64,000 nt of DNA, from contig NC_042998.1 of assembly GCF_006345805.1 (NCBI RefSeq), positions 131,812,001-131,876,000 of the forward strand, written 5' to 3'. How positions within the stretch are numbered: the first letter of the stretch is position 1; each line of letters begins with the position of its first letter. Below are positions 53,449 to 64,000 of this stretch, piece by piece. The stretch comes from Octopus sinensis (lineage: Eukaryota). The notes under the pieces are model-generated. The model made no database searches. It was given only the letters and a program-made list of their open reading frames with translations, and was not told the DNA's origin. The translations under genes and the position numbers were made by a program.

Positions 53449-53978
53449 AATACATTTACTTATACACAAAGAAAATTATAATTCCTAATCGCCAAAATCA
53501 CCAGGCCATAAAACCAAAAACAGGACGTATGACCAGCGAAGCATAAAATAACATTCCTTTCGATTCAAAGTTGGTCAACAACTACAACATAGTCCATCTG
53601 AAATACAATATATGCGTTCAACAAATCTACATAACAATTTTCATAAAAATAAGTGAATTTGATAAACAAGAAATACGCTCAACGATCCGAAAAAAAAATT
53701 CGAAAACAACAATTAAAGTCCTTTGATGAAGTTTTAAAACAATAACAAAAGCAACAAAAGCATAAAGAAACAAGTCATAAGCAACCAACAGATTCTCAAA
53801 AACTTGAAAATTCGCACGTTACTAAACAAAAATATAACAACATAAAAACAAAGTTGGAAACGTATCAAAGAAATAATCTGGAATAGACGACGCCTCAAAG
53901 ACAATATAAGAGTCGAACAAAAAGAAACAAAAACTCATACCAATGGATATAAAAGAACAGATCACAGAGTAATAGTAG

Positions 53979-54025
53979 TTCTCGCTTGATAATTGCTGTG
54001 GCGTGAAACTTGAGCCTCGGGAAAG
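53979..54025 (+). ncRNA. decayed hammerhead (family D)
   Basis: ttctcg-cTTGATAA-ttgctgtggcgt-GAAAC-ttgagc-ctcgggaa; homologous to 6700-6742. Confidence 0.35.
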
Positions 54026-54214
54026 GAAAATGGTAAAAGTATACGACATACATATAAACACATACACACGCACACACAAACACACACACACACACACACA
54101 CAGATACACACACATGAACACACACACACATACACTCACACTGAATAATGTCGGTCTAATGAGAAGGAATTCTCTATATATTGCAGAGAATTTTAATAAA
54201 AACTGTGTATATGC

Positions 54215-54256
<42 letters not shown>

Positions 54257-54257
54257 T

Positions 54258-54296
<39 letters not shown>

Positions 54297-54297
54297 G
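54215..54297. repeat. (GATA)n microsatellite
   Basis: direct reading. Confidence 0.95.
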
Positions 54298-54980
54298 ACG
54301 TAAAGGAACAGGGATTTGAAATCCGGGCATGTACGTATGAGCACTGTAATGTAATCTGTCTAACCACATCGACTGATAGGGAACATTTATAATCCTTTAA
54401 AATAAACAATTAAACTGTATTGCTTTCGATTTGTAAATCCAGAGATCACTTCATTTGATTTCATGTAGCAAACAGAAGATGTGGTACTGATGAAAGAAGA
54501 ATAACTCTTGAAATATGCATATACACCCATTTCCTATTTCTTTTTCTTTTCGATCGCATTGTTTGCATAGACGTATTCGTCGTAACTTGCCGTGCTGGCT
54601 CTGAATTCTACAGAAAGGCTGTAGAGATAAACTTAAAAGTGTGTGTGAGAGAGAGAGGGAGAGAGAGAGAGAAACTAGAAAGGGTCAAATGTTACAGAAG
54701 TGAAACTATGAATTTCAATTGAAAAACTTGAAAAACTCTATAGGAAATTACGGTGACATTAGTGTTTTTTGAAAATACGAATTCTTATTTGTTATTTTGG
54801 AAAAAGCGGCAATAAATAATAACACTGATGTATCCTCTATACACACAAATGTTCGACCGTACACATATTTGAATACATTTTTATTTTGTCTTAGCTGTTA
54901 ATTCTAGCATCTTAAACATATTAGCTTGTTTGTTGCTGCGTGTGTACGTGAGAGTATGTGCTTTTATTTGAGGGTTTATG

Positions 54981-55029
<49 letters not shown>

Positions 55030-55394
55030 ATGTGTAAATGTGTGCGAGAGAGAGAGAGAAAGAGAGAAAGAGACAGAGAGAAGCAGACAGAAAAAGACAG
55101 AGAGACAAACAGACAGACAGACAGACAGAGAAAAGCAAAGTCATTGAAGATTTATTCTGCAATGTGTTGTGTTCCGTGTATAATTCTAATTTCTTTGCGT
55201 GAGTGTTTAGAGAGCGATTTGGTTGTGAAATCCAATGTTTGGAGCGTATTGGACTGATTACCTCTTTCTATGCTAATGTTTGAGTTTGTGTACATCTCTG
55301 TCTGTAAGAAAGAGAGAGTACGTAAATGTTTTCATACTTCACAATCTATATGCCTCCATCTGTACATATATGCATCACTATATCTCTTTCTCTT

Positions 55395-55446
<52 letters not shown>

Positions 55447-55744
55447 TTCTAGTCTTTTTTCATATGCTATATTGCTTTTGCTACATCCTAGTTATGCTTC
55501 GTAGATCTCAAATCATTTCAAAGGTAAAATAACATATTTTGCTTGTGCAGTTGTCTGCATTTTCTGTGTTCTGAGTCAGTTTCGAGAGTGGATGATCGGA
55601 AGTTTTTTTCATTGATTGGTAATGTTCAGAAAATCATGGTTTCTCTCAAAACAATACGTTATTCATACCACTGTACCCGGGTTTCTTTCTGCATATTCAC
55701 AGTATAACTGAGTAGAAGTCCAGACAGACCAAAATTGTTTTTGA

Positions 55745-55786
<42 letters not shown>

Positions 55787-55915
55787 CAGTTATTAGAAAA
55801 ACATTGCAATTCTAACGAAAATATTTTTATGTGCGGTACAATTACGAGAGACCTCAATAACAGCCATGAGAACACAAAGAGACAATTAGAAATAAAATGA
55901 AACTGAACACACTAC

Positions 55916-56392
55916 GAGGGGCGTTCAATAAGTAATGCCCCTGACCCACTTCCCATAGCAGTAGAGCAACGACACTTGGCACAGTTATTAGTCTTTTCCT
56001 ACATAGGAACTACCCAGAGTTATGCATTTCTCCCATCGTTTAATACAGCTCTGGAGACCGTTTTTGTAGAAGACCCCAGCTTGGTCCTCCAACCACGACG
56101 TGACTTCAGAAATTAAGGCTGCATCATCTGGGAAACGCTTTCCTTTCAAAATCAACTTCATGGCTGGGAAGAGGTGAAAATCAGAGGGTGCAAGGGGAGG
56201 AGTTCATAGCTGCACGCCTGTGCTTCTGATCTGGCGACACGCGAGTTGTGGACCGGAGCGTTGTCCTGCAGGAGGAGGATGCCTTTGCTGATCTTGCCCC
56301 GCCTCTTGATTTTGATAGCTTCTCTTAATTTCCTCAAAAGTGAAGCATAATAGGCTCCTGTAATTGTGGTACCCTTTGCCAGGAAATCTTCT
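55916..56392 (-). mobile_element. mariner 3' part (DD34D transposase fragment)
   Basis: TIR TACGAGGGGCGTTCAATAAGT; DFLAKGTTITGAYYASLL..LLLQDNAPVH..LAPSDFHLFP..KRWEKCI. Confidence 0.92.
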
Positions 56393-57694
56393 CCTCATAC
56401 AACCGTGTTTGTTTCAGTGAGACATTCATAGAAATCTGTAAAAACGGAACGCTTTTATCAACGTGACTGGAAAGAGAATCGTATTGGAAGTTTGGCGTCT
56501 TTAAACATCGTAGAGTAGTCACTGGTGCTATTCTGAAGCGCTTAAAATATCAAGACCGCATAAATTGTATACGTCACTTGTTTCACTCATTGGATTACGA
56601 CCGTACTGGGGCATCGCTTTGTCTAGCAAACTGGTCCCACTGTTTGCATTTTGGTCCCACTGTTTGCATTTCTAATATCTGCTACTTATTCTATCGGCCA
56701 CTTTTTCCGAACTACTAAATTATCAGGACGTAAATAAACTAACCCCGGTTTTCAAGACAGACACAAAAACATAAAGACAGACACATACATATATATGGGG
56801 GAGACGTGTGGATATGTAGGGATGTGTTCCAAACCTAGCTTCTTAATCACACAGCCATTCTTGTGCCAAGAATATTGCTCACGACAGTTATTTCTTTTTT
56901 GTTATTTATTTCATTTATAATCTCTCTATTGTAAAAGATTGTACAAGGGTGTCCGATATACTTTGTTTTCTCTAAATTAGTTTCCTACGAGGAAAAGGTT
57001 GGGAACTGACGCTTTTAACGAATGATTCTTCCTCTCCCTTTGTGCAGTCGAGTGTCAAGCAATGACTGCCAATTACCTAGCTGCTAGCTACAATACACGA
57101 CTAATTCAGTGACCAGCACATCTTTTAGTTACTGTCTAATGAGACAAGAGACCAACTCGTGCAAATTTATGCATAATCTCAAAATTATAAAGATATTTAT
57201 GATATCCATCTTGTATGGAAAGTCCCTTCTCAATTCTCTTTCATTTCTATCTTGTACACTGCAGACGTAGCCCTGATATCATTTCATTCCCCTTAAATGT
57301 TTTCCGAGCTCCTTAGAATAAAATTGCGTCACTTTTGCATCACGAAATTAAATCTTTTAGGCAGGCACATGCTTGTATAAAACCTTACACACACACACAC
57401 GCACACACACACACACAAATATATATATATACATATATATATATGCATATATACACACACAAACATATACGTGCATACATATATAAATACACTCACATGA
57501 ATATAGGCATACATTCATGTACACATATACACAAATATGTCCTCCATTTTCACATATGAGTCTTTATAAGCTTATACACGCTCATTCAGAAATATATACA
57601 CAGATATGTATACATGCATATTTACATTCGCTTACTTTCACAAATATACGCAAATACACACTTACACACACACATACATATGTGTGCGTTTCTA

Positions 57695-57728
<34 letters not shown>

Positions 57729-57919
57729 TTACGTAACATATGTAAAATGCACAAATACTGTGCATTTTGTGATATTTCTGAAGTGGTTTGCCATTAATTA
57801 CAAACCAGACACAACCAGCTGACCGTGATGTTCTCACTTCCTTTCGTTTTTTATAAACATTAGCTTGCAGTTCACTTCAAATTCACTCAACTGGAACCTA
57901 ATTCATACATACATCCAAA

Positions 57920-58012
57920 CATGTGCGCGCTGAAAAAAAAATTATACACACACACACACATTCACACACACACACACAGGCACACACATACACACACACA
58001 CACATACACACA

Positions 58013-58051
<39 letters not shown>

Positions 58052-58198
58052 GACGAGTAAGTGAAATGAAAATAAGATTACAACCACAGAAGTGGTGAAA
58101 ATATTACTTCTAAGTTATTATTATTATTATCATCATTATTATTATTATTATTATTATCATTATTATTATCATCATTATTATTATTATTATTATTATCA

Positions 58199-58255
<57 letters not shown>

Positions 58256-58300
58256 TATTATTATTCTGATTATTATCATCATCATCATTATTACTATTAC
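57920..58300. repeat. (CA)n and (ATT/ATC)n tracts
   Basis: direct reading. Confidence 0.9.
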
Positions 58301-59224
58301 TAGGTTTCGCAGTTTTTATGTTTTCAATTGTAGATTCTACAGAGTAAAATATCGTAACAACTTTTGTTTTATATTCATGTACTTTAAACGTGGCCTGTCA
58401 GTCGTATTACATAGTCTTCTGGCGCATTCACAAGTCTACTCATTTTTAGGAGGTGGGTTATTTTATGAGTGTGTAATTGTTTAGAACGAACCCCAGTATG
58501 TACTTGGCATTTTCTCACCCCCACAAAGGACGCTTGTACTTTTGAAATACGGCACAGAGTGATGACCATGCACTGCATAATTACGGGCTGCCCTTTGGCA
58601 ACGTATAGCACCCGTTAAGCCACCCTGCCAGGGATACGGTGAAGTCATGGTGGATTTTGAAGAGGTAGGTAGCGGAAGAGCTCAACTGAGCCAACAGTGT
58701 TTCTTATATCGGTGCCATACTGAGTGGATGAATCCTATAAGACCAGCGGTCAGGATCAACAGGAATAACTGCAACGCATCCATAGGAGTGACATCCATGG
58801 TTCTGCAATCAGCTAATGAAGGATTCATTATGGCTCAAACTCCCAATTCAAATTCATGATATTGGAATTGGATGGCGACAGAGAATCATCGAAATCCGTG
58901 AAAGCATAAAAAAAAGGAAGGACGAAAGAAAAAAGAAAACGTTGAGTGCTGCGATTGAACTCAGAAGTCGTAGAGAACCCCACGAAGGATAGGCAGGTAG
59001 ATAAGAAACCAATATCAAAACTTGAGTCAATACTATCTTCGATGTAGAGCCGTCTTAGAGGCTTATAGGCCTCTTGGCGAATCAGTGCAAAGGACTCGAT
59101 AGCATTTATTTATTCATTGATAGCAAGCCACAACATTCATAAATTAGAATCAGGCCCCTAAACTTGCGAGGACCCTGAGCAACTGCCTAGTGTGCCCATA
59201 CTTAAAGACAGCACTGCTTCAAGA

Positions 59225-59400
59225 GAAGGTGCGTAGCCTAGTAGTTTGAGGCGTCAGACTCATTATCATAAAGTTGCAGTTTCAAATCCTGGTCCAGAAC
59301 GCCCGTTGCGTCTTTGACCAATGCACACCATCTCTCACTGCCCACATCTACCCAGTTGCATTGTGTCCCAACCGGGTATGCGCTGCCGCATCCATTTCTC
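59225..59400 (+). mobile_element. SINE family 3-like, old copy
   Basis: tRNA-like head GTAGCCTAGTAGTT..GTTTCAAATCC, degenerate body. Confidence 0.45.
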
Positions 59401-59771
59401 TCTAAACCAATCATATTTTGTAAGTTTCGCTTCGTCAACAGTGAAGGAGTTGAGAGAGGCTCTATGCCTGCTCACGAGTACATAGGCACCAACAACTGTT
59501 AGTGAAACCATACTATATGCTAGCAAACTATACTCGCTCGTGTGAGACATCAGGTCGCACTACTTTTTCGAGTTGAACTGCGTATCATTAAAAGACATAT
59601 AGAAAGAGTAAGATTAACAGATAAACAGGAAGACAAGAACAAAAAAGCATCATGTGATGCAAACACACATAAACTGTTCATTTTTGTTATAGGTTACTCA
59701 ACGGAAGAAGTGAAATATATAGATATCTTCCCAAGCGTCTCTGACATGGCTATGTGTGTATTAAATGTCTT

Positions 59772-59865
<94 letters not shown>

Positions 59866-60145
59866 GAAAGAGAGAGACAGAGACAAAGAGAAAGGGAGAG
59901 AGAGAGAGAAATTTATGGATATATACATACATTCATGTGTGTGTGTTTATGTATGTATGTGTGTGTGTGTATAGACGGCCGTGTACAATGTTTACCAAAA
60001 GGAAAACTATAACTCTCACTAAATAGAACACCTATATTGCTAGAAATAAGAGCCATAATGCTCTGATGCTGTAGTTAAAGCACATAATTATATACATATA
60101 TATGTACTAACAGGGATTCTAACCACCCGAAAGCACCGGTCAAGG

Positions 60146-60300
60146 AGGTGCATGGTTTAGTGGTTAGGCTGTTCAGCTCGTGACCGTAAGATTGTGGTTT
60201 CGATTACCGGATCTGGTAATGCGTTGTGTATCATTTCACGTATCTCCAGTCCATTCAGCTGGCAAAAATGAGAAATCTTGCGACGGGCCGACATTACGTC
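60146..60300 (+). mobile_element. SINE family 3
   Basis: GGTTTAGTGGTTAG..GTTTCGATTACC..CATTTCACGTATCTCCAGTCCATTCAGCTGGCAAAAATGAG. Confidence 0.75.
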
Positions 60301-60467
60301 TACAGGCGTATGTATGTATGTATGTATGTATGTATGTATGTATGTATGTATGAGGGAAACGGGGAATCGAGGCGATTAGTTCAGACAACACGCCAATTAG
60401 CCTCGGATGTTCGAATATGATAAAGGAAAAGTTCTCCGCTTGAAACATTAGTTCTACACAACCTGAA

Positions 60468-60745
<278 letters not shown>

Positions 60746-61269
60746 TGATTCTTACTGCTTGATTGAATGCCTCGCGTCACTTTCTTATTTCTCCAAGTTT
60801 TTATTATAATAATTATGACGCGCACTCTCAACTCTTTACTTGACCTTTCCTTCCTGCTTGTCTGTCTTCCTCTCTACCTGTCTCTCTCCTTCTTATTTTT
60901 TACCCTTTCTGGTTTCTTTTCCTCTCTTTCTCTCACTCCTCCTCCTCCTCTCTCTCTCTCTCCTCTCTCCTCCTCTCTCTGGCCGCTGACCGGACTACTA
61001 AACTTCCTTTCTCTCGCTGCTTTCAACAAGTCAACATCGACTTTCTTCTTGTCTCCAGCAAGTCGATCTTCTGAATTGCGTTCCAACGAATTTTTCCACC
61101 GTCTAGGCTTATAAAAGCCCTTAATGTTTGTTTCCTTGTCCTGTTTTTATTCTTTATGTGTACTGTATTTTTATTTATTTGTATTGCTTTTACGTCCTGT
61201 TCTTGTCACTTTTTTTTTTACCCCTTTGCAAAAGAATTTTATTTAATTCATTTTGCAGGAAGGACTACT

Positions 61270-61468
61270 TCGGCCGGATCGTGTTCTGCCCTTACCTTCG
61301 AAACACGCATTGAGTCGAACCAGGGGCAGCTGATGAAGGGAAATATTCCTTGTATTGTTTGTCTTATACTCTGTTTTTTCCTTGTTAAAAAAAGTCCGTT
61401 TCCTTGTTTGTTTTTATGTTTTCGTTCCTCGTTGTGTTCTACGTTTATTTGTGGTGTCCTGTACTCTT
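61270..61468 (+). mobile_element. TA-terminated short element, family C, with permuted HHR-like cores
   Basis: ccttc-GAAAC(61301)..GTC(61315)..CTGATGA(61330)-aggg. Confidence 0.6.
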
Positions 61469-61538
61469 ATATATATATATATGCATGTATATATACATAT
61501 AGATGTAGGTATGTACATATATGTATGTATGTATGCAT

Positions 61539-61581
<43 letters not shown>

Positions 61582-61864
61582 GAGAATAACGAGATCATGT
61601 TAATTTTTAGGAATTAATCATTCGAAAAAATAACAGTTCACATGCATGTCCCTCTTCCGTAAAAGTGATGTCGATAAGGGTGATGTTTAAATGTATGACC
61701 TGTGGGAAAGCATGAGCAGGCAATGGATCGTTCCCTTTCCCCAAGGGCTGCAGCATCACGCCGTATCTAGCGGAGTATTTACAGATATTATTTCAGAACG
61801 CCTGGTAGGTAGGCCTTTCAGTTAAAGAAATTTTTCCATTTGGAGGATCGATGGTACAGATATT

Positions 61865-62222
61865 CTTTTCTACTCTATGCACAAGGCCCGAAATTTTGGG
61901 GGAAGGGGCCAGTCGATTAGATCGACCCCAGTACACATCTGGTACTTGATTTATCGACCCCGAAAGGATGAATGGCAAAGTTGACCTCGGCGGAATTTGA
62001 ACTCAGAACGTAAAGACTGGCGAAATACATATTTCTTTACTACCTACAATGGGCTAAACACAGAGAGGACAGACACACGGATTAAGTCGATTACATCGAC
62101 CCCAGTGCGCAACTGGTACTTAATTTATCGACCCCGAAAGGATGAAAGGCAAAGTCGATCTCGCCGGAATTTGAACTCAGAACGTAGCGGCAGACGAAAT
62201 ACCGCTAAGCATTTCGCCCGGC
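61865..62222 (-). mobile_element. SINE family 1 dimer (tail-A unit + headless tail-B unit)
   Basis: junction at 62028/9. Confidence 0.9.
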
Positions 62223-62769
62223 ATTTCACCGATCGACGGTATCGATATTGTTATCGTGTCTTTTTAATACAGGCCACGCAATCTTTCTCTCCCCCCCCCC
62301 CCCCCTTCGTCATCATCATCATCATCAACATCATCATCAGGGTCATGATCAGCTTCTTCGTCGTCATTGTTGCAGTAATTGATGTCATCTGCAGTTACGA
62401 AATTGCCAATTAAAACCGCCCGTCTGCATAAATCAATGAGCAAAAGAAAAATACGATATGAAATAAATAAATAAATAAATAAATAAATAAATGCATAATC
62501 AAACGTCATCCTTTGAGTGTCCTTGTAACCATTTCAGAAGTGCAGAATACCAGAATAGAATGAAAGTTGATAACTGATGAATCATTATTTATTTCTATGT
62601 TATGTTCAGTTTGTGGAATAATGTGGAATGTGTATAGAAAATAGAGAGAGAGAGAGAGGAGAAGGAGGAAATAGAGGAAGGAGCGGGAAAGACAGAGAGA
62701 GACACTAAAGGTAGGAAATGTATACAAGTTATTTATATATAATAGCAGAGGTTACCTGGAGCTACCAGG

Positions 62770-63065
62770 TTATTGTATCAAAAGGAGCATCATTTAGCAA
62801 TTCGCTGATTTTGATTTATTAATAGTAATGACTGTCATGGAAAAACTGACTTTTACAGGAAATTGAAGCCTTTTAAATTGAATTGGCAAATCACTTGGCT
62901 TTCTGCAAATGAGAGAATAGATTCCAGCAAATTCTCTTAGAATGATTGTGACATAGAGGACATGGGGTATCATATTTTTGTAAGTGACTTTTATGCTATT
63001 CTGTAGTTTTGGAAGATCTTGATTACGGATTGATAGAGATCCAGTAGCTATTTCTACCAAGTCTA
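62770..63065 (-). pseudogene. Helitron RepHel PIF1-like helicase C-terminal fragment
   Basis: KPSDLPIQFKRLQFPVKVSFSMT..TINKSK matches the PIF1/Helitron motif PSDLPFxFKRxQFPVxxxFAMTINKSQG. Confidence 0.8.
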
Positions 63066-63233
63066 CCTACTGCCTATTGGTTTCTCTTGTTCGACATGCA
63101 AATATATTTGCATAGCATACATAGGACAGTAAGGCATGTATGAAGAAAATTTAGGCATTGTTGCTATCAATTTTACATATCATGAAGAGGCTGTAACGGT
63201 GGCTCATATATAAATAAATATATATATATATAT

Positions 63234-63754
63234 ATTGTTTTTACGTTTTTGTATTCTTATTGGTGTATTCTTATTTTGTATTCTTATTTCGTTCCAGCAG
63301 TCGCCGAAGCAACACGTATGTGTTCGTCTCCCTGCGGCCATTAGGCACAACTTCATAAGCCAGCCCTAAACTCAACTCGTCCTGTCGAAAGACCCTTGTC
63401 CTACGTCCTGGTTTTGTTTTGTTTTTTATTTTTACCGTTATTGTTTTTACGTTTTTGTATTCTTATTGGTGTCACGTATTCTGTATTTTTGTTCGTGTAC
63501 TTCGTTCGTTTTCCGTCCTCGTGTTGTATACATTCGAAGCTTTCTTCCAGGGGATCTAATGCGCTTGGCTTAGATTTCCCTTGGCGGGCTGCCCAAATCG
63601 GAGCAATCTCAAGATTAATCAGCCGAAATTGCTAAGATGATCTGGTTCTCGACTGATGACTGAGGGCTTCGAATGTCCCGTCCTGTGGTTCTTGTGTCGT
63701 CTCTGTGGTGTTTCATGTTCTTGTCCATGTCTGTAATTATTTTTACTGTTTACC

Positions 63755-63757
<3 letters not shown>
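63234..63757 (+). mobile_element. TA-flanked pseudo-LTR-like element with an internal 33-bp direct repeat
   Basis: ATTGTTTTTACGTTTTTGTATTCTTATTGGTGT at 63234 and 63440; (TA)n on both sides; CTGATGA at 63653. Confidence 0.5.
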
Positions 63758-63813
<56 letters not shown>

Positions 63814-64000
63814 GAGGAGACCCCCTTCGGTCATGATTGACCATGGGATTGCACATAGAAAGTTGCCCTCCGAGGCACAAGTCCGGGTAAGGTTGTTTGT
63901 GGAAGGGCAGCAGTTGCCCGTGCATACTAGCCTCACCTCTCCACACCACTGATGTTATCCAAGGGAAAGGCAAAGGTCGATACAGCTTGGCACCAGTGAT
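63814..64000 (-). mobile_element. 3' tail of a probable SINE (family 3-type), truncated by the window end
   Basis: GC-balanced block abutting (TA)n; resemblance to an octopus SINE tail is from recall only, with no second copy in the window. Confidence 0.5.

Noticed and set aside
54481-54520. CTGATGA..GAAA-TATGCATAT hammerhead-like motif
   Set aside because: Stem I is poor, stem II is AU-only, the palindrome is microsatellite-like and there is no second copy.
57077-57135. Minus-strand AG...GT segment with good splice sites
   Set aside because: Stops in all three frames. It also shows that such candidates arise by chance, which lowers confidence in the other exon calls.
60874-61140. Minus-strand ORF segment ..SEDRLAGDKKKVDVDLLKAARERK..
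   Set aside because: Merges into a GA repeat, has no ATG or good acceptor, and contains no recognisable domain.

Overview
Eukaryotic, repeat-saturated DNA that resembles an octopus (cephalopod) genome. This attribution rests on recalled SINE families and the extreme microsatellite load and is not verified. No complete host gene is visible, and most ORFs in the supplied track are translations of microsatellites (IYIY, HTHT, NNNN). Supportable content: (1) Penelope-like retroelements (PLEs), namely one near-full-length decayed RT + C-terminal GIY-YIG copy at 19.5-22.2 kb plus fragments; (2) about a dozen hammerhead-ribozyme (HHR) motifs in several families, mostly in short PLE pseudo-LTR-like elements sitting in (TA)n tracts; (3) a same-orientation stack of R4/Dong-like restriction-like-endonuclease (RLE) LINE 3' ends in (TAA)n arrays; (4) three tRNA-derived SINE families, one forming arrays with an exact 184-nt period; (5) mariner, Tc1, hAT and Helitron remnants. 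The best candidate for an undescribed system is the set of ribozyme-bearing, TA-targeted mobile elements. It includes two hammerheads with long stem II insertions, one of them inside a 350-bp element with terminal inverted repeats, a family with a shared non-canonical core (CUGUGGA), and a copy whose 5' end matches the predicted self-cleavage site. Several weak minus-strand micro-exon candidates and one small transmembrane ORF are flagged at low confidence. All structures were folded and aligned by eye, and element boundaries are approximate.
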